Positions 25,579 to 40,158 of a stretch of DNA of 64,000 nucleotides are shown piece by piece. This stretch comes from Eledone cirrhosa (Eukaryota): assembly GCA_964016885.1 (NCBI GenBank), contig OZ024756.1:38812001-38876000 (forward strand). Reading direction: 5' to 3'. Below the pieces are notes generated by a model that was not told where the DNA came from, searched no databases, and saw only the letters and a program-made list of their open reading frames with translations. Every line of letters starts with the position of its first letter. The first letter of the stretch is position 1. Position numbers and translations under genes: made by a program.

Positions 25579-26177
25579 GTATGTATGCATGTACAAATAT
25601 ATATGTAACCAGTTACGAGGCAAGATGGCAACTATTCCAGCAGTGATCGTTATCTCCACTTCAAGGTATATCACAAATACAAAGTAAACATGAAAACCAT
25701 CAACAAAGTCTGAGACAAAAATCAAACAACAACAATAAGCTAATTCATTGTTATTTATACATTCTGTTGAGGCTGTATGGGCACTTAATCCTTAACCATT
25801 GCCGCTGTTGTAGTTCTCTTCTTTTAAAAGCAAGTCTGTTTGCATTGAAAATAACCTTCTATTCAATCGTGTTACGCCATGAATAAAGTCAGCAATCTCC
25901 CCTCCCTATGAAAACAATACTGTCGCATTTTTTTAAAGGATGTTACTGAGCAGGTGCCAATACATATTCTCTTGATATACAGTTCCTGTTAATGTACGTT
26001 AACTGGTGCACTTAAAGAGGTTCACAGTAAAAACAAACCATTGTTTGCAAGCATCGTCTTTCACTGATATACAATATATTCAGAGCTACATTTCAGATAT
26101 CGTATCATGCACATATGTGAAGTATATAATGTATAAATATATAACATATAATATCAAATACAAAAAAAAGAAAGGGA

Positions 26178-26212
<35 letters not shown>

Positions 26213-26595
26213 GAAGAAAGAAAGAATTGACGTCTCTGATCCCCCAACTACAAACTCTTATCTATTGTCTTCATACCAACTTCTAGATAATAGTTGATGT
26301 TATAAAAGTTATCTCGAAAGGTTTTGTGTAGTACTGAAGTTAATTGACACTAAACCAATATTTAGATTTCGGTGTTTTTCAAATAAAGTCTCTTTTACTG
26401 ATTTCAGTCATCAGTCATCAGTCATCGGTCATCAGTCATCAGTCATCGGTGGACTTATAAAGTAAATCTGAATTTACGACTGTTAAAATTATCTTCTTTT
26501 TTTTAGACTGAGAACACTTGAAACATAATTCTGTTTCTCCACATCAGAACTATCTAGAGAACTAAAATTACTATGTTCTAGTATAGCTATATATT

Positions 26596-26732
<137 letters not shown>

Positions 26733-26834
26733 ATATGTATATATATATACATATATATATATGTATATATAAATATATATATATATATCATCATGGTATC
26801 AACATGTACGTAGAAATAACACAGTTACAAAATC

Positions 26835-26918
26835 GGTGACCCTACAAGGAGCAAAGCTCCAGGGGGTAACGCTCTCGCTGATTTACGGAACACACAAACC
26901 CCCTCACCACGACAAGGC
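26835..26918 (-). mobile_element. RTE-clade 5'-UTR-like fragment
   Basis: Reverse complement gccttgtcgtggtgagggggtttgtgtg...gctcct.gtagggtcacc resembles RTE/BovB-type 5' ends (from memory). Confidence 0.5.
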
Positions 26919-27280
26919 CAAATTCAGGCTCTACGCACGACGATGCTTTGCGATGGCTGGCTTAGGATGACCCCAGTCTCGTCGAGCAAGAACTAAAAGA
27001 ATAAGACTAATTAGATACAATTGGTTCCTTAGTAAATACCAAGTCTACATATGTTTTACGAGTTACATGTTGTTATCAGTAAAATTGTCGTAATAAATAT
27101 AGAAGAGAAAACTGATGTAAAACGTTATGTTGTGGTTGTGTTCAATTAAGAGAATAAATCGTATAAAGTTACATAACTTGTTTCTATTGGTATCTCGGGA
27201 TAATGTCCTCTTCTTTAAGTGTTTTCAGCTTTGAAGAAATTCACGCAGATGGGGCTGTACATATTTAACTATGGATACAT

Positions 27281-27367
<87 letters not shown>

Positions 27368-27369
27368 CG

Positions 27370-27490
27370 TTTCTGAATTTGTTTAGCAAGATTCTTTATC
27401 TGAAATCGTGTGTTGAAACCGATATTGTTATACTTTGGGAGGGTCATGGTGCGTGTGTTTCTTATTGGCAACATGACCCTCCCAAAGTAT

Positions 27491-27497
<7 letters not shown>
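27370..27497 (-). mobile_element. Short family-F foldback
   Basis: atattgttatactttgggagggtcatg / catgaccctcccaaagtataacaatat arms between (TA)n tracts. Confidence 0.7.
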
Positions 27498-27581
<84 letters not shown>

Positions 27582-27863
27582 CATACATACATACATAGTC
27601 GTAGATAATGGAAGGATTGTTGAAACATTTGACTAACTTTATGTCTATATAAACATAAAAGACATATTTACAGAAGGGGGGGGGGGTATAAAGAACTGTA
27701 TACATGTTGGAGGTGCAAATATCCGTGAAAAAACTCAACACAAAAATCCCCCCAAAAAAACTAAAGAAAGAAACGCTATTTCAACAATAACAACACGAAT
27801 ATCAGAAAAAGTTTCTAGCATATGTCTCACATAACGATCTTTTAATAGATTTAAAACGTTATA

Positions 27864-28036
27864 CAGGTAAAATTCCGTATAACGAATTTTTCAGTATAAC
27901 GAAATTTCTTTTTTCAATCCCCGGGGCCACACGATCGATATGTTAGATCGTTATCTCGTTAGAAAGAATTTTTCGTTACATTACAAAGAACTTTTTTTAT
28001 ATACCCCGGGAATGTCGTTATAACGGAATTTCACTG
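27864..28036. mobile_element. Tc1/mariner (pogo/Tigger-like) MITE
   Basis: TIR cag.taaaattccgt.ataacga / tcgttataacggaatttcactg; TA on both sides. Confidence 0.75.
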
Positions 28037-28515
28037 TATATTTCCTATTCCGTGTAATTATTCATTAAGAAATCTTTTAACCAATCCTAACCGTTTCTTG
28101 TCGTGTTTGTTCCTTCGTTAGAAACAAGTCTTAGAGTCTTTTCATCGCCATCTGCAGCTAATTTTCTGGCTAATTCCTAAAGCAACCCAGTCGGTTCTTT
28201 GAAACAGTTTTTCAATATTTCTTATAACCCGCCTACTTCTCTATTTGTATCAGTTTCCAGTTGAATGCATATCACTCGACAACCGTACCGCGTTGAGATG
28301 ACGATGGAATGGAGTTGGGCCAAAAAAACAAAAAACATAAACGAATTTCTTTTGCTTTTCCAAGCAGAAAATAGTGAAAAAATATTAAATCTGGGATAAG
28401 CTTCTCTCGATTCCTTCAAATTCTGTTTCTAAGAAAGAAAAGAAAAAGTAAGAAAAAAGAAATTCTTTACATCAAAGAGAAACATCTTTTCTTTTACCTT
28501 TCGTTTGTCGTGAAC

Positions 28516-28730
28516 GTTGTTGTTGTTGTTGTTGTTGTAGTAGTTGGTGTTGGTGTTGTTGTTGGTGTTGTTGTTGGTGTTGTTGGTGTTGGTGTTGTTG
28601 TTGGTGTTGGTGTTGTTGTAGTAGTTGTTGTTGTTGGTGTTGTTGTTGTTGTTGTTGTTGGTGGTGTTGTTGTTGTTGTTGTAGTAGTAGTAGTAGTAGT
28701 TGGTGTTGTAGTAGTAGTTGTTGTTGTTGT
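28516..28730. repeat. (GTT/GGT/GTA)n trinucleotide microsatellite
   Basis: Direct inspection. Confidence 0.95.
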
Positions 28731-29280
28731 GCCGCTGCATCAGTTGTTCGTTTTGATAGTTTCATGGTTGCTGTTTTGCTGTTGTTACTGCTTCACCTTG
28801 TGTCCCCCCTCCTCCTTCTCCTCATTAACATCATCATCATCATCATCATCATAGCCATGAACATCATTATCATCATCATCGTCCTCGTCATCAATCAACA
28901 ACAATAGTGAACAACATGGGGACAAGGCCAGGGATTTGTTGTCGGGGAGCGAGATGAGGTGGGGTGGAGTGGTTAGGTAATTAAATCTACACCAGTATAT
29001 CACTGGTATTTTTCATTCCACCGACTCCAGAAGGAAGAAAGGTAAAATTTAAGTCAACTTTACCTTTCTGCCTTCTGGTACTTTATTCTATCGACCCCAG
29101 TGCATTACTGGTACTTTATTTTATCGACCTCATAAGGAAGGGCAATTAATGTCAACTGTATTGACACCAGTATATTACTGGTACCTATTTATATTGATGT
29201 CATCACATCTTCTTCTTCTTCTTTTTCTTCTTCTTCTTCTCACCTCATTCAAAGAATCTATCTTATTATTACTATTAAAA

Positions 29281-29472
29281 GGGCGGTGGATTGGCAGAAT
29301 CGCTAGCTCGTCGGACACCAAGCTTTGACGCATAGAGTTACGGCCCTTGCCATTCTGAGTTCCAATCCCGCCTAGGTTAACTTTGCCTTTCATCCTTACG
29401 GGGGTCGATAAAATAAAGTACCAGTAATACACTGGGGTAATTGCTGGCCTTGTACCAAAAGTAGAAACAATT
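29281..29472 (+). mobile_element. tRNA-derived SINE (major family), full length
   Basis: gggcggtggattggcagaatcg head, B-box, body and tail. Confidence 0.85.
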
Positions 29473-29724
29473 ATTACTATTAATATTATTAGTTTCTTTC
29501 TAGTTCCGTCTCCTCTTTTATCCTCTTCCATCTTTCTATTTTCTATCACTTTAGCAGCAACATCACATCTTACCTTTCTTGAAATTATCTTTTCCATACA
29601 ACTGGAAAGTTTGTTAATATGATGTTCAAACACGTGGCATCTAAATAAACAAACATTTGCTCAACGCTGTCTGCAGAACTAAGCAGCTCATGTAAATACA
29701 CGTAAAAAGATGTTAGGGTGCGTG

Positions 29725-29756
<32 letters not shown>

Positions 29757-29825
29757 TCGTAAATAAATATATATGTATGTATGTATATATATATATATAC
29801 ACACACACACACATATATATGTATG

Positions 29826-29863
<38 letters not shown>

Positions 29864-30013
29864 TATATATATATGTATGTATATATATATATGTATATAT
29901 ATTTGTATAAATGTGTGTGTGTAAGATATAGGGAGGAAATATATTTATAAATGCATACAAACATAAATAAAATTGCATGTATGTAAGCCTGAAAGCATAG
30001 ATATCTAAATATA

Positions 30014-30068
<55 letters not shown>

Positions 30069-30279
30069 ATAACACCCAGAGAGGTGGGATAATTCAGGGA
30101 AGAACACCCTACCATCAATACCCTTTAGACTCGATTGCCAAATTTGTTAGAAAAAACTTTCACTCCATGTCTGGACTTAAAAATACGTTTACGGGCGTCC
30201 ATGATAAGTTTTGCTTGTTCATCGAGTGAGAATCATAATCATCTGAGAAACATATCTATCTATCTATCTAAGAAACATA

Positions 30280-30322
<43 letters not shown>

Positions 30323-30428
30323 ATATGTATATATATATTTATATATATATATTTATTAAAATAACATATTAAAGTTTAAGTAAAGAATCGGTGCTTTCAC
30401 CCTTAACGGTATAGTAATATATATATAT

Positions 30429-30471
<43 letters not shown>

Positions 30472-30641
30472 TATATGTGTCTGTGTGATCAGCGCTTTGT
30501 TGGATTGTCTTTGTTTAATTCAACAGACCAGCATTTATCCCGTTGAGTCACATTGGTTGGAACCTTTGAATTGTGTTCAGGAATTTTTGTGTATGTTTAA
30601 TTCTAAGTAGCTTCCATCTTAATTTCAAGAGTGGGTGTCCA

Positions 30642-30776
30642 GATGTGTTCAGATGTGTTCAGATGTATGCAGTAGGTGTCTAGAGTGTCCAGTGGGTGTC
30701 TAGAGGTGTCCAGTGGGTGTCTAGAATCTCCAGTGGGTGTCTAGAGTGCCCAGTGGTGTCCAGAGTGTCCAGTGGG
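30642..30776. repeat. Degenerate 10/20-bp minisatellite (gtgtccagtgggtgtctaga)
   Basis: Direct inspection. Confidence 0.85.
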
Positions 30777-31489
30777 TTAAACTACATAACGTCCGTAGTT
30801 GAAACCCTCTCAAAATCTATCTCCACGTGTGTTCCCGTGCATTTTATCATAATAAACATATAACAATATCTCTTTTATAAAGAGTTTCGGTGTTGAAATG
30901 TGTGTACGTGTGTGAGAGCCTGTGTGTGTGAGCGTGTGAGTGTGTGTGTATGTATGAGTGAATGTGTGTGTATGTGTGTATGGGGGTATGAGTGAATGTG
31001 TACAAGTGTATACAAGTGTATGTCTGTATCACATATGATTCTAGAACCTCCCAAGCTCTAACAATGTTTTCTCTTGTCATATTTTGCTTCAAGCCGTTGT
31101 TCTCCGAATAATTTGATGTGAATTAGAGAAAATAAATAGTTGTAGAGTGAAAGAAAGCTAAACAAACAACACTTGAAATGTCATATTTCTTATTAAGCAT
31201 TGTATATACGTACTGCTTCAGGCTGGAGCTGCCATCCTTTGTTATTACAGTAACCCAATAGGTTTATGTTTCGCTCTTGTCAAATCAACCAGTTTATTTT
31301 TGTTGAGATGAACTGTAGATGGAATAAGGTGACAGTGACCTGGTCGTTTCGTCCATTACACCACTTCCTCATTTTCCTTTTACCAATATCCTATCCTACA
31401 TCCAGGTGCACTGTTGGTTCACATCTCTCACCTACAATGTCATATTCCTATTGTTTAAGATTAACAGAAGCTGTTTTAACACTACTGTA

Positions 31490-31546
<57 letters not shown>

Positions 31547-31684
31547 TATATATATATATTATATGTATATATATATATATTATATGTATATATATATATA
31601 TATTATATGTATATATATATATATATATATTATATGTATATTATATGTATATATATATATATTATATGTATATATATATATATA

Positions 31685-31790
<106 letters not shown>

Positions 31791-31805
31791 ATATATATAA
31801 TATAT

Positions 31806-31860
<55 letters not shown>

Positions 31861-32164
31861 ATATATATAATATATATATATATATCCGGGGCAGAATTAA
31901 CAGAATATATTTACCAGGAATATAATACTTGTGAATGCAAAGACATAGGTTTTAGTTCTGTTGGTGTGTATTGTTTATTGAGTACTTTCAGTAGTGACCA
32001 GTCAGAGAATGTAACTGTAGGTATGTGTGGTATATACTGTACAATTGTGGACGACATACGGCGTTTCTTGGGCATTTGTTAAGCCTGGCAGAGCCCACCC
32101 CTCTCCAGGCCTGAGTACAACAGATTTCTTCCGAGAGCAGAGAGCTGGAAGAAATACCATAAAT

Positions 32165-32862
32165 CATTCTATCTGACGTTCTATCCACTCTACCATTCTA
32201 TCTGACGTTCTAACCACTCTACCATTCTATCTGACGTTCTAACCACTCTACCATTCTACCTGACGTTCTAACCACTCTACCATTCTATCTGACGTTCTAA
32301 CCACTCTACCATTATATCTGACGTTCTAACCACTCTACCATTCTATCTGACGTTCTAACCACTCTACCATTCTATCTGACGTTCTAACCACTCTACCATT
32401 CTACCTGACGTTCTAACCACTCTACCATTCTATCTGACGTTCTAACCACTCTACCATTATATCTGACGTTCTAACCACTCTACCATTCTATCTGACGTTC
32501 TAACCACTCTACCATTCTATCTGACGTTCTAACCACTCTACCATTCTATCTGACGTTCTAACCACTCTACCATTCTACCTGACGTTCTAACCACTCTACC
32601 ATTCTATCTGACGTTCTAACCACTCTACCATTATATCTGACGTTCTAACCACTCTACCATTCTATCTGACGTTCTAACCACTCTACCATTATATCTGACG
32701 TTCTAACCACTCTACCATTCTATCTGACGTTCTAACCACTCTACCATTCTATCTGACGTTCTAACCACTCTACCATTCTATCTGACGTTCTAACCACTCT
32801 ACCATTATATCTGACGTTCTAACCACTCTACCATTCTATCTGACGTTCTAACCACTCTGCCA
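32165..32862 (-). repeat. 29-bp tandem array (~24 copies) derived from a SINE head
   Basis: Unit cattctatctgacgttctaaccactctac; reverse complement TGG(T/C)AGAGTGGTTAGAACGTCAGA aligns to the SINE 5' TGGCAGAATCGGTAGAGCGTCGGA. Confidence 0.9.
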
Positions 32863-33457
32863 ATTCGACACTTTTCCTATATATACATGTGTATAATATA
32901 TACCTGAAACATTGTATAACTACAAAATGAGATAAGAGGTTACATATTACCAACTACCGCTCCTTTCTCTCGCCACCCTCTCTCCCCCCTCTTACTTTCC
33001 ACAGCACCGCTGGGGCCTTCTTTACTACAACAGTACCTCCTACGTACAATGTAAATCACATTCTACTCATATGTTAACAACAGGAAAATATCCTAAATAT
33101 TATTTGAAATATAAAAATATGAAATGATATACAGCATATATTACATTTTAGGACTGCCTTACATTGTTTGTTCATACGATGTCATGTCTCTGTAGACATG
33201 ACATATCCATCATACTCTATGAACATACAGCACTGTACAAATAATAATAACAGTAACATCCCACGCGAACAGAAGATATATCGAGCGTCTATTTACAGAG
33301 AATGTCTGTACTATTTAGTTTGAGATAATATCAATATTACATACATGAATTTTTCGGAAGAGTATCAAGCTATTTGCATTTTAGAATGAACCAAAAACAC
33401 ACACACAAAATAAAAACGCATTCATAGGAATGAATACATATGTATGCGTGCTTTTAG

Positions 33458-33530
<73 letters not shown>

Positions 33531-33543
33531 ATGTATTTATGTA

Positions 33544-33718
33544 CTGTATTTCCCGGCGCCGAAGACGCTTCGTCCTCGAGGTCGCACCCTAATTTTGACA
33601 ACCAAAAATTTGAAAAAGAAAATAATAAACAACCTTCAGGCTCCAGGACAACATGGTAGATTTTTTTTTAGACTTATTTTAGGAAAAAAAGTAGCGTCTT
33701 TGATGCCAGGAAATACGG
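33544..33718. mobile_element. Tc1/mariner-type MITE
   Basis: TIR ctgtatttcccggcgccgaagacgct / agcgtctttgatgccaggaaatacgg; TA on both sides. Confidence 0.75.
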
Positions 33719-33854
33719 TATGTATTAGTGTATGTAGTTATGTATGTATACATATAGAACATAAATACACTTTAGTATTAAGTATTACATATGATACACC
33801 AATTTCTATAAATAGCTCACAATTGAAAGCCCGACGCTCTAACCACTAAACCAA

Positions 33855-34150
33855 GCGCCATCACAAAAGTTTAGTAAGAAATACCTCCTTAGTGTAGATA
33901 CTGGCGAGGATTTGAACCCCAGACCAGTATCTCCACCGTCTCTAATGCCTCCCATTAGACCACAGAGACATACTGTACACACTATATTAATTAGTAGACA
34001 ACAGACTGCGTCTTCACAAAAGTTTAATAAGACCCCTTTAGATACTGGCCAGGATTTGAACCCCAAACCAGGATCTCCGCCGCCTCTAATACCTCCCACT
34101 AGGCCAGAGAGACATACTGTACACACTACATTAATTACCAGACGACAAAC
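33855..34150 (-). repeat. Tandem pair of tRNA-derived units (Pol III A/B boxes)
   Basis: Reverse complement TGGTCTAATGG/TGGCCTAGTGG (A-box) and GGTTCAAATCC (B-box); homologous to the arms of 16821-17281. Confidence 0.7.
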
Positions 34151-35336
34151 AAACAAAAGAAAGATATGATTCTGTTTACCTCGTTATTATTAAGAAAATG
34201 CTGATGAAACACAAACTTCTGCTTGTTTTAAACACCAATTGAAATGTCATTAAAATATTAAAACTGGGAAATTAATTTCATATTCTTTTACACACATGAC
34301 TTCATACGATTTCATTAACTAAAGTACTGGTAGCTCGAGAAACATATATGCTTACATCTACTTTTTTTTAAATATAAGCTTAATGACAAAGACACACAGA
34401 CGCACGCACGCACATATACACACACATGCACCCAAAACATACATACATATATACATACATAAATACTCTATCACAGTCTCATACATATACGTGTGAAAGA
34501 TTATTCAAAATTGAAGGTTTGAATAATTAAATAAACTCTGTTTTCAGAAACTTTTCAACTGTTCGAAAAGTCAATACCCCCCCCCCCCCCACACACACAC
34601 ACAAATATATATAACAACATTATATTATATATTTTATTATTTATTTATGTTCATACACAACAGAACAAAGGCGCCACCTAGGGTTTCAAGGCCCAATATT
34701 AACCATATTTCCATTTAGCAACCAGTTGGTTTTTGAGATGGAGGCATCCTCTAAAAATTTCGTTCTTTGAGTTCAAATAATTATTGTTCGGAGATGTCAA
34801 ACCTTTTAATATTCTACATTTCTCACTATGTCACTCCTTGGTACCATTGGTGTAAGGGCTGGATCTTTCAAGTATTTTCCAGGTTAACTTATGTGCGATT
34901 CTTTTCTCTTTTAATTACCAGAGAAAATATGTTCGTTAACGTCAACCATGTCATTTTCTTTTCACAGCTTACATGGTGATCTTTACTCTAACAATGACGG
35001 TCTCCAGTTATCGGAATTGTAAGTTACTCCTTTTTACTTTGAAGCCATTAAAGTTTTTTTTTTTCAGTTGTTAAAATAATATTAGCTTTCTGTATTTGAA
35101 CTAATACTCTCTCTCTCCCCCTCTCTCTCTCCCCCTCTCTCTCTCTCCTCCCCTCTCTCTCTCTGTTTTTCCACATTATTTATATATTTGCCATATTTAC
35201 TGTGTTTTGTAAAGTCACCTTCCGTAGCGTGATCAGCGAGCAATCGTGAAACTCATAACAAGACAAGATTCTCTGTCATATATATACTTTCTTTCTTTCT
35301 CATGCCTCCCCTGTGTATGTGTACACACACACACAC

Positions 35337-35414
<78 letters not shown>

Positions 35415-35415
35415 C

Positions 35416-35462
<47 letters not shown>

Positions 35463-35570
35463 TATATATATATATTTATATATATATATTTATATATATA
35501 TATTTATATATATATATACATATATATACATATATATATGTATATATATGCATATATATACATATATATA

Positions 35571-35635
<65 letters not shown>

Positions 35636-35648
35636 GTATATATATATA

Positions 35649-35758
<110 letters not shown>

Positions 35759-36677
35759 TGCTGTTAATGTTTGTATCTGTGTCTACACGTAAAAAAGGAA
35801 TTCCAGTTTTACGATGCCAATATTAGAAACCAATCCTTGGGGCCAAATGGTAACACATGGCTGCATTTCTTCAGTTACACTCCACATAATCTTGTAGTTA
35901 TTATTCTGTTTATGTTTAAGGTTGTCATTCTAGCAATGAACCTTGGCAATCGTATCTGCTTCTGTTAGGAATGAGCAGTTGTTTGGTCTTGTCTATTCTA
36001 CTTTAACTTGTTTCAAACATAAGTAATTGATATAAATAAATAGCTGAGGGCTACGAAAAAAAAAGAAAAACCTCAACAAAAAACAAAGCATAAATACAAC
36101 CAAGAAAGAATAGGAGGCAAAATAATAGGAGCTACCATAGGTAATATTGTAAATGATGAGTGATTATTTATATTTAAAGGAATTTCTTCAGGAGTCTAGA
36201 TGTCTCAGTAAACTGAAGTTATGAAATGTTTGAATATTCGTCCCCTACTCGGTTACTTTCTAAATATGATGCTTTGTTTTAAATGTAATTCGTCTCTAAT
36301 GATATATTTTCTGTCAGCTATGCAGTGGGTAACGTGTACAGTAAATGAAACTATAACCTTTTCGAAACCTCAAAGCAGATGTTTATATTCAGTAAGGAAT
36401 TTAGAACTCGATAAATTCATGATGTAGAATTTTTATAGAAACAGATTGTGCAAATATAATCTCATCTGCTTGACATTTTCTGTTTTTTTGGCACCAGAAT
36501 ATCGGCCAGAAAAAACTGACAGCTATTTCTCCAGATAATTGTTTTTTTCTTTTAAACGACAAAATTGCGACTTTTATTTTAGTTTAAACTGTTTGATCTG
36601 AGATCGCTTTCCACCCTTTCGGGGGAAATTTGAAGAAAATAAATATTAATTGGAAGAATATTTTCATAGCAGTGACG

Positions 36678-36960
36678 TGTTTGTTTTGCGAGGTTTTTGA
36701 TATGAAATCGTGTGTTGAAACAGATATTGTTACATTCAGGGAGGGTCATGTTGTCCTAATATTGCCAGAAAAAGTAGTAAAACACACCCACTGTTTGGTT
36801 TGGCTTGGCTTTTTCTCCAGTATATTTTTATATTTCTACAAATAATTTAGCTGGCAATCAATGTTTATCATTGATTAACCTACAGTTAAAGATATAAATA
36901 TAAATATGGTTTCTCAAAGTTCTTTCGTTACACATATATGTGACATCTTCAAGGGAGGAA
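36678..36960 (-). mobile_element. Older family-F copy with decayed HHR (related copy 41718-41900)
   Basis: Sequence homology to 20763-21078. Confidence 0.7.
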
Positions 36961-38887
36961 ACACAATAATCATTGAAGGACTCATCCCTTCTACATTTAT
37001 TGGAAAAGTTTATCTAACTTTCATTACTTCGTTATTCCTTGCTCCTATATTTGGCTCGAACAACGTAATTGGATAGAAACGGTATAGCTTTGATAAGATT
37101 TTCATGTAAGTTGCGTCATCTGGTGTATGTAAACCTGAAATAAGAAAATATATAAAACAATATAAAATATACAATGACTGTTTTGAGAGTTCCACCCAAA
37201 TCTGAATTCGATTCTTTTGGGATTCATTACATGTTTTCTAACAATGAATGAAAACAATAAAATATCTTAATTGTTTAGTGTAGATAAGAGAAAGGAACTG
37301 ATTCTCTCGGTGTAAAGTATTTTTCTCTAAAAATAACAGAGATCTCGTTCAACAATGTGCATTAACTCAGGAACAATTCCCTGTACGTAGTTTGGTATTC
37401 AATTTCGATTCTCACAGCATATAATTGAAAGTTTTTAAAAGGGCGTTTGTATTTTTCCTCACTTCATAGTCGTTAAGATAAATACTAGTACTATATCAAA
37501 GTATATTCTATAGATGATATTGCTCGTCGACAGAAATTGCAACTCTGTCTTGACAAAAAAAAGAAGCAATGTTAACTGTATACATATAGATATATGCACG
37601 TGCAATACGACGCCGTTAATATTAGATGTGCACAGGCAGAGAAATATCACATTAGTGTTTTTAAACGATTTTCTCTACAACTATGTTGGTCTACCATGAC
37701 ATAGAGCAGTAACAGGTTTATTTATTTTCTGTTAAAAATATGAGAAACATATTTTATTTACCATAACTTAGCATTATTCAGACTTTGTTGCAAAAGATAT
37801 TTTACACCACGTGTAGTTTGGGTTTTACGATCATAGCTGGCATTGACAACATAGCAACACCAACAGTTTTCCAAATCAGTGAACTATTTAACATGACATA
37901 AGTACTCATCTCTTCACATCACTTGGTCTCTTAGCATGCATATATATATTTTTCTGCGGCTAATTTCGTGCCACGGTTTTAAGCTAGTATGCAAGTAATG
38001 TGGACATAGCGATCTTTAACGACTCTGTCGTAAAAACTGAAGAAAAAGAGGAATGTATGTCGTGTAATGTTTAAAGCCACCTCTACTCGGTTCCTTGCTT
38101 CGTGAAGAGTTAAAACAAACATAATTGTGTCTTGTAAGACGATATTAGCTTTAGTTTTCGGTTCAGTATAGACATGGGGTGGTTTATGGTGTGCTATTTC
38201 TCAGCGAAACATAAATTACATTGTTATGAACGATTATTTTATGGGGTGACTCTGCCTCAAATAAGACTTGCACTAGAGGTGCACTCGTATCTCTCTGTCT
38301 TTTAGAAAATGGGTTCTAAGAATGATGCGATATTCTCTGTGTGACAGTGTTTAAAAGAGTTAATGTGATAACACGAGCAACTTTTAAATGAGTTTTTTGT
38401 TAAACTAATGTGAGACAGTAGACTCATATTTTTCAGTTGTAGAGGCTTTGAAGAAGGGTCTGCATTTTCACTTTCATCTCAAAAGCTACACTATGCTTTT
38501 TTTAATATCCATATATAGTTGCCCAATTTCGTGGAATTCTGCTTGTTTTTCGTAACGGAAGGACGTGCTAGATTTGAAAAAAAATATTTACTTGAATATT
38601 CCTGCAAGCATAACATTTTAATGAAAGAAATATAGGATGCTTTGAAGAAGGATTTTTTGCAAGTAGGTTGAAAAAAAGTGCAGAATAGTAATTTAAAAGA
38701 CTAAGTTTAAAATGATATCATGGAAGAACGGATAAAGTCGAAAATATAGGAATACGTTCAAGAAATTCAATTTTAGTTAAAATTAGAGTGAAAACTGGGA
38801 AAGAAAAAAAAAAGAAACAAAAGGGAAACACTTTCTTGAAGAATTTTTTTTAAAAGAAGGAATCCGCATGTAATTTTAGAAGAGAAT

Positions 38888-39256
38888 AATGGTTTCTGAT
38901 TTAGACACAAGGCCCGCAATTTTGGGGGAGGGGAAAGTCGAATACATCGATCCCAGTGCATTACTGGTACTTTATTTTATCGACCCTGTAAGGATGAAAG
39001 GTAAAACTAACTTCGACTGGATTTGAACTCAGAACAAACAAGGTTAGCTTTGCTTTTCATCCTTACTGGGGTCGATTTAACCGACTTTATCCCTCTCCTG
39101 CAAATTGCTGGCTTTGTGCTAAATATAGACCCCGTAAGGATGACAGGCAAAGCTAACATCGGTGGGATTTGAACTCAGACCGTAAAGGACCGCAACTCTA
39201 TGCTGCAAAGCATTGAGTCTGACCCTCTACCGATACTACCAATCCACAGCCCCCTT
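38888..39256. mobile_element. Three SINE pieces in alternating orientation (-,+,-)
   Basis: Family body recognisable on both strands. Confidence 0.8.
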
Positions 39257-39767
39257 TTTTAGAAGGGAATAATACAAATAGTGAAAGGCAAAAAAAAGGT
39301 GTAATAGAGACGTATTTCTAATTTAAGTGTATGTAACTCGATAACTAAGGGAAGAGATAATGACTAAAAGTTAGAAGAGATGAGGAAAGTTTGGTGCTAA
39401 GTAGAAATTTAAGCCAAGGTTTTAGTTAAGTGATGGAGGAATCAAAAGATTAAAAGGTTTGAATCAGTTAAAGTTTGAAGTGTTTATCAAAATTTCTGAG
39501 AAAATATATTAAGATAATTTTCGAGTATATTAAAAGGTCTGATTAAGACATTTTAATAAAACATAAGTAGGTCTCAAACTAAAGCTTATCATTTAGGAAA
39601 GTGAAGGGGTAAAGTAATTAATAATTGCTTAATTAGTGTAAATTAATAAGTGATTGCTTGAAAATTCGACACTAACTATGTAATCCGAGTTGAGAGTTAT
39701 CACTGACGCCTTTCCAACTATTCTCCCCCCCCCCCTCCTCTCTTCTTTCATCACCAAGGCATGTACG

Positions 39768-39853
<86 letters not shown>

Positions 39854-40074
39854 AGTGTGTGTGTATGATGGGCTTCTGCATCGTTCGTCAGCTCGACGCT
39901 AAAGTAGAAGACACTTGGTAAAGGTGCCGCGCAGATGGTTAGATAGGACCCATGAGATCTTTTGGTCACGCTAGAGGATAGAGTCGGATCATTTGGAAAG
40001 GGTTGCTTCTAGAAAGCCTATCTGAGGACTCGGTTCTCATGACCCTCCCAGGAATAAGTAGGCGAAAAAGAAGG

Positions 40075-40158
<84 letters not shown>

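Noticed and set aside
28429-28854. PolyQ/polyN/polyV ORFs
   Set aside because: Trinucleotide microsatellite with no splice or domain context.
32165-32862. CRISPR-like appearance of the 29-30-bp arrays (also 2690-3001, 58026-58398)
   Set aside because: Head-to-tail units without unique spacers, no cas genes, eukaryotic context.
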